Shown here: one piece after another, positions 1 to 14,200 of the stretch
How positions within the stretch are numbered: the stretch's first letter is position 1
Layout: each line of letters begins with the position of its first letter
DNA from: Nageia nagi
Lineage: Eukaryota; Plantae; Pinophyta
Length of the DNA: 64,000 nt
Assembly: GCA_050084985.1 (NCBI GenBank)
Contig: JBITNC010000001.1
Span: forward strand, 94,302,001 to 94,366,000
Reading direction: 5' to 3'
The notes under the pieces: generated by a model
Told to the model about the DNA's origin: nothing
Seen by the model: only the letters and a program-made list of their open reading frames with translations
Database searches by the model: none
Position numbers and translations under genes: made by a program

Positions 1-2802
1 GTTAACACTCATAAAATTAAATAAATCTCCCTAAAGTTAGGATAACACCAATGGGGCCCAAGCAAACTATGTCCCCTATGTGCATATCTCTTGTATAACC
101 CACACCAAACCAAGTGGGAAGGAGGAGATACTCTTATCTAGACACAAATAAGTAGTGATGATGAAGGTGACATACAGCCTCAAATATCATCCAGATGAGG
201 TAAATTTGCATGCCTCGACTAGTTGAGCATCCTAATGCTCCTAATCATGGTCCTCATATCTAGTCAATCATAAGTTGTTGTCTCTCATTATTGTTGGACA
301 CTTCAACTTGGTGAACAAGCCAACCCCAGATAGGAATCTCCCAAATCTTGTATTCATTAAGCAAGATGACACTCATTTCACCTAGGGTCAAGTGAAATGA
401 GTTCATATTTGGGTCCCATCTCTCTTCCAAAGTGATGATAAGGGGAAGGTATTATTGGATATGCTAGACAATCTCTAAATATCTCAAGCCTGAATGCATA
501 AGGATGTCATCCTTATGGTTTTTCCTTTGCCATCTTTGCACCTTCTTCAAGGCTATCATGGACATGGGTTCACCTCTAATGTTAAACTTCCTATCTTGCA
601 AAAATTAAATAACAAATAACATTTAAATAAAATCATGTGAATTTCTTACAAAAATAAATAAAAACATCTCATTGAAGGCAAATAAAAGGTAAATGAATGC
701 AAGCTCAAATGACCAACTTAAGAGAATTATGCAAGGTTGAGGGTTTTGTATGGTCAAAAAAGTTATAAAAGTTTTGCAAAAAGAAACAAAAATACATAAA
801 ACCTTACCGCATGCTCGAATGGAAGGCTATGCAAGTATTCAACCACATGTCCTCTTCTCAAAGACAAGGGCCTCTCCACCATACATCAATCCTGGTTCAC
901 CATGACAACTAGATGAGTCAAACAAAAAATCAAATGATGGAAAGAAACAAAATCAACTAATTAGATGCAAAGGAGGATAAAACCAAATCACCAAGGTGGA
1001 AAGAAAAGTCTAATAACATATTAGAGCTTAGTCGATAAATAGCTAACAATAAGAAAGTAACAAAAGGTCAATGTTCCCTCCCTTTTGTTCAAATTTTAAT
1101 CCTAATTTAGATATTATATCCTCATTTTGAATGTCAATGTTAATACTTCCAAATGTGTTAGATTATATGGGTGAAACATAGAGAATTTTTTTAATTGCAA
1201 TATCTCTTTTTATAAAAATAATTCTACTACATTCACATCATCAATGGCATGTAATAGGTAAAATTAAGGTACAGTTTGCCTCATGCTAATAAAAAATGGT
1301 ACAAATATTAAGTTTGATTAATAACTTTATGCATTAATGGTCAAATTGATGATGTTTCCTTTTTATTGTTTATTGATGCTATATGGACATCATTGGTGGC
1401 ATGGTTTTTAGCAAAATTAGGAAATGATTCAAGTGCTATATTTCAATTTTGATTTTGTTAGTCCCAAAAAGATCATAAATTGGATACTACTTGATGAGAA
1501 GGAGATTTAAGTTCAAAAAATTTGATTTAATTAAATGAAAATGTCAAATTTTGATTTTGGAATTTATGCATGTTTTTGAAAGGTTAAAGGTTTGAATATT
1601 TATTTTTCAATGCTAATTGAATGTGCTATTTTTCATAAAGTATAATTTTATTGATAACATAAAGTTAGCGGTGTAAAATAAGTAAACTTATGGGTTATTT
1701 CAAATCTAGATTATATTTTCATAGTCTTAAAGGATCAAAATCATTGCCATCATGATTATATGGTTCCTAAATGGACAAAATGCATATCCAATCTAAATTG
1801 GTCAAATTATTGCTCACATGTTAAATATTATGAAAGTGTTATTTCATAATTTTATGGGGTACAATCTCATTTACTATTTTCAATTGAATATCATTACAAA
1901 TTGTAGATATTATATGAAAAATTTCATGCAACTAATAGTGTGTGGTTATGACAAAATTCATTACAAATAGGGCATGGTAAAATCTATTGCAAATCTAATT
2001 GAAAATACAATTATTTCACAAATATGCATTGTTATAGAAATGATAAACAAAATTGCAAAAGACATAATCACCAAATTCTATGAAATTCATGCTATCAATA
2101 GCATAGGTTTACTTTGAAAATCAATGAAAATAAGCAATTCAATGTGATTAAATATGCATTGTTGATATGTAAGGCTAATAAATATTTAAATATTTGGTAG
2201 CTTCATGGGAATGAAATGATATTGTTCAATGTTAATCTAACAAATGTTTTCAAGGCCATGGTCACTCCACAAGAAAAATATCTTATCAATTATAGGTTAT
2301 TCCAAACTTGAGTCATTAAAAAAGTTCTCACCAACTTGATAATCATGGTTATTCCAAGCTTGGGGTATTAAAGAGGACCTCATTAGCTTGATTTTGTTGC
2401 AATGATAGTAGTCTATATATCATGGTTAAATATAACTATGAGTCATATCAACCATAGTGACATAATAGATATCATATTTATTTCATCCATGCTCTTGTAA
2501 TTGATTATTCTTTAATGGGATGTAATCTATGTGGGTATTATGTTGGTGTTTTCTTAAAAAGGTATTTTTCGGGAGAGTAGGATTCACATAGAGATGCTCT
2601 CTCCATATAGGGACTTCAATTTTTGGCTTTATTCCCCAAAGTAACATAAGAAAAGGGTAATGCAAGACCAAAAGGGGGAAGACAACATATCATACTTAAC
2701 ATATCAATAGAAAAAAAGGAAGTCCACTTTACTATTAAAAATTTTCTTCTCTTTCTAGACTTCTTTGCATTATGCAATTTCAATGCTTTTCATTTCATAT
2801 CC

Positions 2803-3025
2803 AAAGAGGGACAAAATGTAGATGCCTAAAAAATGATTTATTATTTATTTAATAAATCATATTTATACTTTGTAAATGATTTAATGCAATATTACATATG
2901 TCAAGATAAAGTTGATATTACAATGCAATGCCATGTGTTATATTAAATGTTATATCATTTATTATAGTATATATTTTAAAGTATATTGAATATAACAAAG
3001 TTTATATTATTGTTATAGGTCAGCC
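2803..3025 (+). mobile_element. PPT and start of a Tat/Ogre-like Ty3/gypsy 3' LTR, interrupted by the copia insertion
   Basis: Purine tract AAAGAGGGACAAAA immediately followed by TGTAGATGCCTAAAAAATG at 2817. The sequence upstream (2270-2400) has short tandem repeats typical of 3' non-coding regions. Confidence 0.45.
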
Positions 3026-4167
3026 TAAATGGATTGAACTATAAAAAAAGCAATCCTAAACAACCAAGATCACATAAAAGCTCACAAATCACATCTAACA
3101 AACTCACAAAGATAACTCAAGATATAAGTGGTTCCTCCAACTAGGAGTACATCCACTAAATAGATCTCACTTAATTTACAAATATGAACTCTTACAAGTC
3201 TCCTAATCTCATCTCCTAAACACTATCATATAGCATAACTTTACTCCACAAATTGATGTTTATCCAAAGAAGCAGCCTTTTATTTATAGGCCAAAATCCC
3301 TCTTTAAATCATCCTTTTACCCAATGTACAAAAGCATGACATGCATATCCTTTTACCCAAGGGGCATGCTCATGACATGGAGTGTAGAACAAGTTACATT
3401 ATCATATTCACTTAAATACTTAAGGTATCAAATGATACCTTTACATATTAGTGAACTTACATAGAAGATTATTACAAAACCTTTCCAATAATGCACTATC
3501 CATTCCAACACTCCCCCTAAATGCAATATTGGGATAGAGTGAATAAGAGAGAGAGTAAGATATTTCTCCTCCATATAGATACAATAGAGATGAAAATTTT
3601 TTACATATTTGTGAATTAAGAAAGATCTAGATTGAGACTCACTACTTTGCAAAATACAATCATTAACCATAACTAGTTTCAATGTACATGAAGTAATCAC
3701 CCAACTAAAGGTCATGAAGAGTCTCCAAAAGCTTTAGACATCTAAAGTAAGTAACATGCAATCTCAAGAGAACCTGCAAGTCAATAGTAACTCAGATAAC
3801 AAGAGTAGTTAGATGCAACATGATCATATCAACAAGGATAGATGTATCAAACAATGCCATCATAAACTGATCAATGGTGCACTATAAGTCATCATGAAGA
3901 TGTCAAGCTAAAAAACTCATAATCACCTATTGTATATTCAACATGTGTTGATTATTAATACAAAGTAAAGCAAAACAAAATGCACATAAGAGTTCCTCGC
4001 ACATAGATAACTGAATAGCACCAAAAGACACATCATAGCTTAATGAAGATTACAGTTGACAACCACCTATTAGAGTTCTTATCATACCAAAGAGTTTTGA
4101 TCTATGGAGGTCTACCTATTCCACTCACATATATAGCTTGGAATGACATAAAAAGAAGTGAAAGCCA

Positions 4168-4661
4168 TGTTGGAATGGGTAATGCATTATTGTAAAGGTT
4201 TTGTAATAATATTCTATTTAAGTTCACTAATACCTAAGGGTATCATTTGATACCTTAAGTATTTAAGTGAATATGATGATGTAACTTGTCCTACACTCCA
4301 AGTCATGAGCATGCCCCTTGGGTAAAAGGATGTGCATGTCATGCTTTTGTACATTGGATAAAAGGATGATCCAAACAAATATTTTGGCCTATAAATAGAA
4401 GGCTCCCTCTTTGTGATCACATACCAATTGTGGAGTAAAGTTATGCTATAGGATAGAAGTGTAGGAGTTGATATTAAAATAATTTTAAGAGAGTTGTATT
4501 TGTGATTGAAGTAAAGATCTAGTTAGTGGATGTACTCCTAGTTGGAGGAACCACTTACATCTTATGTTGTGAGATTGCTTTTTGAGTTTGTTAGATGTAA
4601 TTGTGAGCTTTCATGTGACTTTGGTTGATTAGGAATTATCTTGTTAGTGTTAGTTCCTTTA
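4168..4661 (+). repeat. Full-length family A LTR in inverted orientation inside element A1
   Basis: Starts TGTTGGAATGG; reverse complement of the family LTR (compare 3026-3510 and 31379-31854); preceded by ~140 bp that is the reverse complement of 9158-9300. Confidence 0.85.
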
Positions 4662-6410
4662 TCTTGATCTTAAAGTTAGTCTAATTCTCAATAAATACCT
4701 TAAAATCCTTAAAACTCTCAAAAGTTTGGTCCTTGTGCTCAAGTAGATACCTAAATGTCATCCTACTAAATTCATAAATGAATATCAAGATGTAAGATGT
4801 TCCCCCAAGCAACTTAATCTAAAATGGACCCATCAAATCTGAATCTACAAGTTGAAGTGGTTGAGATGCTCTTGTTGCCTTATCCTTTTCAAACCTTTAT
4901 CTATGCATCTTGCCAAGGATGCACTTCTCGCATAGACTAATTAAAGGTGAAATTGAAATCAAACCTTCCACAAGTTATTGGTCTTTCATAACTTGAATAC
5001 TCTTGTAGTTAAGGTGCCCTAAATGATGGTGCCAAAGATTACCTCTAGAACACACACTTGTAGCAAGACACATCTTTGTTGGAACTTGATCCATAACATA
5101 GAGATCATCTTTCACTAACCTTTTAACTAATGAGAAAAGTCCTTTCTCGATGCACCAAGATTGATAGTTGAAATCAAATGAGTACCCTTTTATAGAAACT
5201 TGGATCATGAAGAGAAGGTTCATCCTAAGCTTAGGAACATAGAGCACATTATCAAGAACCTTCCCATGAATCAAGACACTTCCAATTCCTTGGACTTCAA
5301 GACTAGAGTTATCATCTATCACAATTGCATATTTATTATACTTGTGAAAGTTTCCAAACTTATCTTTTTCAAAGCATAGGTGATTAGTGCAACCAAAGTC
5401 AACAATCTAATCAGATAAAAAATTACAAGACATGGAGTAGAGCACTGTAATAAAACTAGCTTGAATATTCCTTTTTCTTTTAAAGTTCTTTACATTTCCA
5501 TTGCCTTTTTTTTCCTTTCTTTTATTTTTTGTAGCAATCAACTTCTTTGTGACCTTAGATGCCACAATAGTTACAATTTTTATCAAACTTTGCCTTAGGA
5601 TTTGGATTGTTTGCTTTGCCTTTTCCATCTCTTTGCTTGAAGTGGTTATTGTTATCATTGTTTCTGCTATTATTGATGTTGTTTATGTTGTTGTCATTAC
5701 ATCTTTTCTCAAACCTTTTGGAGGAAGAAGGATAATATTTCTATTGATGGTTGAATTTCTTCTTGAAAGGAGTTTTGGTTGCTCCAAGAGCAATGTTATT
5801 ATCTTTAGGAGAAAAAATCAACACCTTTTTATTAAAGGTTTTCTCATGCTTCAAAAGGAGCATAGAAAGATTTTCAAGGGAGAAGACATCTTCTTCATCA
5901 CCAATCTTTGTTTCCATAACCATCATAAATTTTTCAAACTTTTAAAAAAGGCTTTGAAGAATTATAAAGACCATGAAATCATCATTGATCCAATTGCACT
6001 CACAAGCAATAAGTTGGGTCCTTAGATCAATTATTTTATTCAAGTACATGGCAACATTTTCATCTTCCCTTTGATAAGATTGAAGTAACTTTTGGAGAAT
6101 GGTAAACCTTATTGAAAACTTTGAACCAAGTTAGATTTGCTTAAGCTTATCTCAAGCTTCCTTTATTAAGGTTGAAGAGGAAATCATCAGGAGAACATCA
6201 TTTGAAACTGCATAGAAAATCATGGAGGTAGTCAACTCATTCTTTGTATTGTAGGTCTCAAGTGCCTTCTCACCTATAGGAGCAACAAGGTTTTCATTCA
6301 TTATTTGCCAAAGCTTCCTTGCCTGCAATTTAGTTCTTCTCTATGATTTCAAAATCCCAAAGTTGGAACCATTGAGAATGTGTTTGGGTAAGAAAGTTAT
6401 CTCCCATTTG
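4662..6410 (-). pseudogene. copia gag-protease-integrase (5' part) pseudogene
   Basis: ORF 4975-5322 has VQGIGSV..LDNVLYVPKLRMNLL and LWHHHLGHLN (copia protease/GAG-pre-integrase). Degenerate CX2CX4HX4C knuckle near 5520-5570; integrase D-motif region (LQLVDSDLMGP) near 4820-4860. Many stops and frameshifts. Confidence 0.85.
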
Positions 6411-9400
6411 CTACTTAATAATGTGAATAAATAATAAGCATGTGTTTCAAAATAATATTACATGATAAGTTTTAATCTAAGTAAATTATAATAAAAACAT
6501 GCATAAATTGTTTCACAAGTGCAAATGTTTTACAACTTAAACAATATCAACCCATGTACCCAAATATATTTGTCATCACTAAGAACCATAAATGTAGAGT
6601 GACATTGTTGAGGCTTATTTTCTTTTTTAAAATTAGGCCTTCACCTAGATGCCTGCATAAGAGGAGCCCAAGTACTACCAATCCTCAACCAATTCACCTT
6701 GGTCAATATTATACTTTCTCATAAGGAGAAGTACCTACTATTTTCCAAGGTTATAATATTTATTTGATCAACCAAATTAATAATCTTGATTCGGTTTCAA
6801 GTTGTCCTCCTAGGTTATTAGGATAATCTTTGAATGGTCATGCAGAAATGTGGTATCACTACACACATGCCTATCCACCTATTGGAGTTATATCAAGACT
6901 AACAGAGAACTTAGGGGCAATTGAGAAGTATGAACTTTTTACCATTTGAATCATCAAACTTAAAGGCTCCAGTATATGTGTCCTCACCTCATGGCTCTCC
7001 AAATAAGTCATGTTGCAAAATGTACATGTAGATGTATTCATTTTAGGGGGTTGCTCATTTCAATGTTTGCATTTTTGTTTGCATAAGTGAATAAATCAAA
7101 ATATGACACATGAAGTAAAAGATCATAATTAAAAAAACATCATCCATTTGCAACTGGAAACCTTAAGAGTCCAATGGGTTTTGTTTTACCAACCCCTAAA
7201 GGGCATCTTTACATCATTTCTTATTTGCACAAGTCCATTAACTTTGCATAAGAAAGTAAAAAAATTATAACTTGGCAAATTTAAGTAATAAGCATGCATC
7301 ATTCCATAACTTAAAAAAAAAATTTAAGTAAACATACATCATTCCATAAATTAAGTGATAAGCATGCATTATTTTTATAATTGAACAAGTCCATCTTTGC
7401 ATAAGAATTTTATCAAAAAATAAACACTTAAAAAAAAAAGTAATAGACATTAAGTAAAATACTCATAATATTTTTCCCATTTTTACTTAAAACAAGATCC
7501 TTAAAAATAAATTAGTAAAAAGAATACCTCTTTTACTTAAGTAATATGAGAAGATAAACAAAAACTACATTGTCTATGTTGCACCCTAATAAAATTACAC
7601 TTTAAGCACTTTAGAAAGTACTATCATTATGTTAATAAAAGTAAGTTTTGAATTTATTAAACATAATGTCTAAATGTTTAAGTATTTGAAGTAAAATGTA
7701 AAAAAGAATTACCTTAAGTAAAAAAGTACATTTTACCCTTCCCAAGGTAATTTAAGAAAGACATCAAAAAGTTTTAGACCTTGAGTATATGCTTTGTAAA
7801 GATTTAAAATTCCTAGGTACATTAAATAAAAGGTGACTTGCAAGAAATATTGAAAAATTAATGCACTAGAAAGGTTTCTTTAAAAAAAGACTTCATACAC
7901 CAATTAATCATTAAATACAAGGGGTTGGTGGGTAGGAAAAAAGGAATTAATTTTAGGTTAAAGACTAGTTGCATCTGGAGGAGAGAAGAGGCACAAATGG
8001 ATAGAAGGAGAGGATAGAGTAGCCAAGGTCTCCAAAGAGTAGCCCATAAAGATCAGAGAATGAGAGAGCTAGTCAAGTTTTAGAAGTAAGTTCCAAGTAG
8101 AAGCTGTAAGGAGAGGTCTATAAGAAGGTGGAGATGGAAAACACTTCACATGCACCACCAGGCTAGCAAAGGCTATGAAGGAGAGAAGTAGGTAGTAGAG
8201 AGAGAAAGGAAGGAATTTCTCTACTTCAATGGTGAGCCTAATCTAGTAAACCACCTTTTCATCCTCTTTCAAACTCAAGAAATGAATGGATTTTACTTAG
8301 CAGGTCATGTAATGGAAGGAAGGGCATAAGGTTTTCAAATGCTTAAGAAGATGGAGAGAATCATGCTAGGAGAAAGGAGGTCATTCAAGTCTTATTCTAT
8401 GAGGAAAAAATAGATAAGCACACAAATAAAAAAATGAATGAAGAAGAATGGCAAGAAGGGAAGCACTATAGAGAGAGAGGACATAGAAAGGTACAATAGT
8501 GAGGGTAGAGGATGATACAAACTAGAAGAGCTAAGAGCTATACTATGAGAAGGATAGGAGAATGCAGCCAAAGGGATAACCAACCATGAAAATAGAGAAG
8601 CCCACATATAGAACTCTTCAAAAAAAAAAACTTATAGAATCTTTTTTTTTGGAATTTTTTTTATATAAAAAAAAAATATTCCCTAAAAAAAAACTTTATA
8701 TATAATTTTTGAGCAACAACTTTCCCCTTCTTTTAATAAATATATTTAAAAAAATGTTGCTTATTAAGATTGCAAAAGAAATTACCTTTTTAATCAATAT
8801 CTATGTGGGAAAAAAATGCAACCTTATTCTATAATAACAACATATTATTATGTTTTAAGTAATTTTATCAAAATATAGCTACAAAAAAAATTTGTAATTA
8901 ACATATAAATAATGTTAGTATCATAAGGTAACCAATAAATAACCAAGAAGGAAGGAATTTATACCTTCTCTTAGATTTACCTCAACAATGAATTGTAGGA
9001 AGAGGAATGAAGGAGACCAAAATGTTGAAGAAGAGTCACCAAACCAAGGATGTGAAGAGGAGCCTCGAAGGTGCTTTGATACCAAATGAAGGGATTAGTG
9101 AACTTACATAGAATATTATTACAAAAGCTTTACAATAATGCATTATCCATTCTAACATGGCCTTCACTCCCTTTTATGTCCTTCCAAGCTATATATGTGA
9201 ATGGAATAGGTAGACCTCAAAAGATCAAAACTCTTTGATATGATAAGAACTCTGATAGGTGGTTATCAACTGTAATCTTCATTAAGCTACAATGTCTTTA
9301 AATGCCACCTATCATGAGAATTTATTATACTCTAAGCTCTGAACTTTCTATCTTTAGTGCATAACACAATTTGACATATCTCACATAGTTAATAGTGTTC

Positions 9401-9696
9401 CTCTCTTGGGTCAATGATGGTGTGCGCATTTTAGATCAAGGGTTCTATATTTCAGTGGTCGACTCATTGATCCATGCAAATGAATATTCATTATGAGCTC
9501 ACCACTAATTTGATCCCAATCCTCCTAAGATACATTGCTACTTGTTGTTGAGGATTGTACACACACTTCATATTAGGTTCATGTGTTTCATGTATATTTG
9601 TTATAATCTATTATATATAGCATATTATTTCCATTTCTTCTTACATTATAAATCAATTTATTTATTATGTATATTTGTGTTTTACATAATTTGAGG

Positions 9697-10368
9697 TCTA
9701 TAGATACCACATGAAGGAATAAAATAATTCCACAACCAAGATCAATTGTACCAATCTTCAACAAATTAACACTCTAATCTTCCTCAATAATAACAATCTC
9801 TCAAAGGATATAATAATAAGTAATCTCACAAATCAACACACAAGAAATATAGTGGTTCCTCTCTAAGAAATTACATCCACTTGAATCTAAGTATATTACT
9901 TCTCACTTGAGATAAAATCTCTCTTATAATCATTCTATCCCTATATCTCTAAACTAATAGAATAACAATGCTTCTATAAAAGTAAGTGATTTACAACAAG
10001 CCTAGTCTTCCTTTTATAGGCTCAAATCCTACTTTTGTACACCCTTTTACATAAGGGGAACACCATCATATATAGGATTCACATTAGGTGAGAATCATAG
10101 TTGGAAGGCTTTCACCCATACCTATTACATATGCCCATACTTCTATTTTAAGTATGTGGGACAACATGCATATGTGGACATACCCCTAATATACAATAGA
10201 TGGACATCCACATTTGCATACATGGATAATCCACATAATAAATGGATTATTCCATATTACAAAATATTTTCTTTCTAACTTAGGTATTGTTTATGTTCCT
10301 TTAGTTTTAATTAATTAGAAACAATATACCTAAGTTATTTACACAATAGTGCATTACAAATTCTAAAA
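9697..10368 (-). mobile_element. Copia-type 5' LTR with degenerate PBS (relative of family A)
   Basis: ..TAGATACCA then TGAAGG at 9712. Shares GTGGTTCCTC/TACATCCAC and TTTATAGG motifs and the terminal TGCATTACAAATTCTAA with family A LTRs. Confidence 0.6.
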
Positions 10369-10709
10369 TCTTGTATGAAAAACCCCTTTCCCAATTTTTT
10401 TGGTATTTACCATGACCAAAAAATATTTAATTGTAAAAGTTCAAACTAAGAATGAGTTCACATACACAACCATGAAAGAGATATCTCAAAATAAAATATA
10501 CATGTCAACTATATTTTTTTATGCCATATCATTTTGAGCATATATTTTATAGAGTATAATCATAATATATTATTCTACAAGTATTATACACATGATACAT
10601 ATAAAATTTACAATAATTTATTAAAAATAAATAGGTATTTGACAAACTCTATCAAAACAACTAAGGAGTTCAAACATACCTTTATAAAAGCATTGTTACC
10701 TTGACTTTG

Positions 10710-11279
10710 GCTTTGATACCATGAAGGAGAACCTAGGAAAAATATGAGTGATTATTCCTCAAGGTTGTATTGTCCACTATTTAGGTATTACCAACAAATA
10801 AAATAAATCTCGAACACAAAAATGGGACTAAAAGGAAAGGACATAAATAATACATGATTTTATAGTGGTAAAACCTTGTTGTAAATAGTAAGGAAATATC
10901 CACTATGAAACTCTTATTCCTTGTATTACTATCTTCATAAGAATATGGACATATACATTTACTTACAATATATATTTCTTATTATTTTTTAATTAACTAG
11001 CTTGCTTATATAAACCAATTTTCTTTCATCCTACACAATCTAACGTATAACTCTCTTATAGAATGTGGAACCCATGATAGTCAAACTAGCATTCATTACA
11101 AGCATGGTGATCCATACTTTTTAGTTAACATATATGTGTGGTTCATACTACATTTGGTTTCATATATGAGTAACTTTTATACTCAATAATTCATGTTTTT
11201 ATAATAATAAAAATTGTCCTTATAATATTAAATAATAACAAGAATATGCATACCCAAGATTACATTACATAATCCAACA
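10710..11279 (-). mobile_element. Copia-type 5' LTR with PBS
   Basis: GCTTTGATACCA (Met-tRNA PBS, reverse complement) at 10710-10721, TGAAGG at 10722, ends CCAACA at 11279. Confidence 0.6.
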
Positions 11280-11299
11280 ATCTATTCATGACATGTCAT

Positions 11300-14200
11300 T
11301 ATAGGACCAAGAAAATATATTTGAATTTTTTTAGTAAGATTTTTATAATTATCTTGTTCTTCTTGGGAGAGACATGAACTTATTTTGATGGGATTTGAAT
11401 CTTCTTTGCTTACAATATTGACTTCTATTATTTCTTCATTTAACAAGGTGAATTCATCTCTTAGTTAAGGTGGGGTGTGTAGTACTCCTAACCATGCACC
11501 CTAAATTTTCCATTAACCAAATCCTAACTTACTTACATAATACTACTAAACTATACTAAAGGAAGTTTAGTGTAGAAAATAAGAACTTATTATATCATGA
11601 TCTCCCTCTTCTTCTTATTCATTATGATATGAACATTCTTTTGGCTTCCTTTCAAACCAAAATAAGCATGGGATGCAAGCATATAATTTGAGTTTTTCTT
11701 TACATTTGACTTGGACAACTCTGGTTTTACCCCTAAGAATTCTAACAATGCATATTCAATTGAAAAATTATCTAATTTGACTTCTTCATAAGTCTCTCCC
11801 TCCTTTACTATCAATTTTGAAAACTAAACTAAAAGAGAAAATTCTACCATATTCATTGAATTGAAAATCTAAGAGAATGAAGGAAGCTCATCCTTACCAT
11901 CATTTTCTACTTTGTTGCTTTTTGATTTGTATCCCAAACCTTTCTTTTTATATAAAATTGAAAGTTTTTTCAAAAATTTAGATATGCCTTATTCATCCTT
12001 ACTTAAATCAACACCTTTATAACCATGAATTTTATTCATATAGTTATCCAAAAAATTTGAATTAATTACTATTGCATTTCTCTAATTTTTAATTTCTTTT
12101 GAGTACCTTCTTAGACCCATTTTACTACTTTCAAATTCCTGAAATTGATTATTATTATTTTATTTTGAGTATCCTTTAACCATCATGAGATAATCATGAA
12201 AGTTTCATCTTGATTTGAGGTTAAATATACTCATAATAGGGCTTATGTTACTCTTATTTTTAAGCATTTTTTAGCCTCCAAAAATCTTTGACCAATTTTG
12301 GAATCTCGATATTTCCTAGTTTGTAACTATATAATGTTCCCAAATCTTGGAATCTCGATATTTCCTAGCACATGTCTTGTTCCCAAATCTTGCTCCTTGT
12401 CACCCCTGTAACCTTTATTCATTATACATAATTATTTTAAATATAATTGATAAAGCTATAAGCTTGACATGCTATCAAAACTCCAAGCCTCTGAAACTTG
12501 AACCTGGGTCTCCACACACAAACTAGATATCTCCACCAACATGTCAAGTCTTATGGATGCTTCTTATGTCATGTTGATGAAGGAATCTTGAATATTTTAT
12601 TTTCTATTATTTGGCACTTAAAATAATTGAACTTCATTATGTGGAACAACTTGGACTTTAGATAATTCAATTATGGTTGCATGGTAATATTTGAATGAAC
12701 CTTCATCAACTATAATTTTGTAGACTTCCCTTTATACTCAAATTTTATACATTTATACAATGTAGTAAAAAATAGCTCCATAACATGGATCCATGGTCTA
12801 CCTAAAATTATATTACAAGGAATTTTACTGTGCATGATATAACAAGGTGAGTTAATGATTTTGGGACCAAGTTGAAGGGGTAGGGTGATAATCTATACAC
12901 ATTATTTTAAATTGAAAAGTTCATTGTATTAGAATCAAATTGTATATACTTAATACCAGAGAATGGCCAAGCTCCCAAAGATTTGAGCATCGATTTGTTA
13001 TCATACTTTTTATAGAGAATTTATAGACTTGCTATCTAGGGCCAAAATCTCAAGCACTCAAGCTTTCCCAAAGATCAAACTTAACTCTATATACTAAGCT
13101 TAATAGTAGTGTGCATAGGAAATGGAGATCCTATAGTCTTACTAGTAAGCACTTAAACAAACTAGTTTAGCTTAGACTACTCAAGCTTGCAAGGGAACTT
13201 CTTGCTTTACAACTCACTTGAGGAATTAGAACTCTAAAACTTTTGATGCCCAAATGAGTCACAAAAGGCTTATTTATAGATTACAAAATGAGTATAAATG
13301 GCTGACATCAAAAGTTGATCACCACTTTAATCTAGCCATTCATCTAAGCATAATAAAAGCACTATAATATGACATGATATAAAGTAAGTTCTACTCACAT
13401 TCCAAGTAGATAGCAAGATATATAATTGTACAAGATTCCATCGACAAGTTGAATAGATAACATTAACATGGGTCCACCATGTCTTCAAAGAGGTCGATGT
13501 GAGTACCATTGTGTATGTATCTCTTGAGAGACATTGACTGATTTTTCTTTGTTGTCTAAAAGTATAGTATCAAATATCAATTACCACCATAACAACGGGT
13601 TCCATCATGTTCTAACATCCAAGTATACAATTCAAATTTTGTCATTTGATGGAATGTAGAGGGAGCATGATAAGTGCTTATTCCAAATTCTGAAAACTAA
13701 TCTTCAAAACATTCTAGTATAGAAGTAAGATTTTTGCCAATGCTAATAAAGTAAGAATGTGATTCATGAATATTTTGATATTTTAAAAATCTATACCAAT
13801 GGCCATAATATTGGTCATAGGATATTTGTTTGCCTATAACATAAGTCTGTTGTGTAGGATCTTGAATGGACCAATCGTTAATACTTCTTACCCTATTGAT
13901 AAAATCATTTGTTCTATAAATAAAGGGATTAATATCAATTTTTCCCCAAATGGGATGATAATAAATATCTCCAAGCATTTGTAAAAATGCTTAAGATTCT
14001 ACAACTCTTCCTAATGCTTGATTATGGAGAGAATGTCTAGATCCTCTATGAAGATAGACATAGTATGGTAATCCAAAATTTGGATCTACTCTTATTAAAT
14101 AAGGAATTTTTGCTTTTTTATCCATTCACTAGATCTATTCAAATTTACAGCAAACTCTTTGTTATAAAATCTATAATGACATTCTTTTTTCCTTGAATAT

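Larger units (their letters stand above)
3026..9157 (-). mobile_element. Decayed, rearranged Ty1/copia LTR retrotransposon (family A, copy A1)
   Basis: 3' LTR ~3026-3510 with adjacent PPT (CTCCCCCT at 3511); gag/zinc-knuckle/protease/GAG-pre-integrase/integrase remnants at 4662-6410; tRNA-Met PBS at 9073-9084 (GCTTTGATACCA); internally deleted 5' LTR 9087-9157. Flanks CAGCC / TGGCC could both derive from a CGGCC TSD by CpG deamination. Confidence 0.8.

Noticed and set aside
1-2800. Possible coding or TE content at the window start
   Set aside because: Probably decayed gypsy-derived sequence, but no motif I could identify with confidence.
5501-6025. 174-aa hydrophobic 'membrane protein' ORF
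   Set aside because: Antisense shadow of the Lys/Asn-rich copia gag.
12297-12395. Short direct repeats (TTGGAATCTCGATATTTCCTAG x2, TGTTCCCAAATCTTG x2)
   Set aside because: Look like local slippage or repair filler with no further structure.
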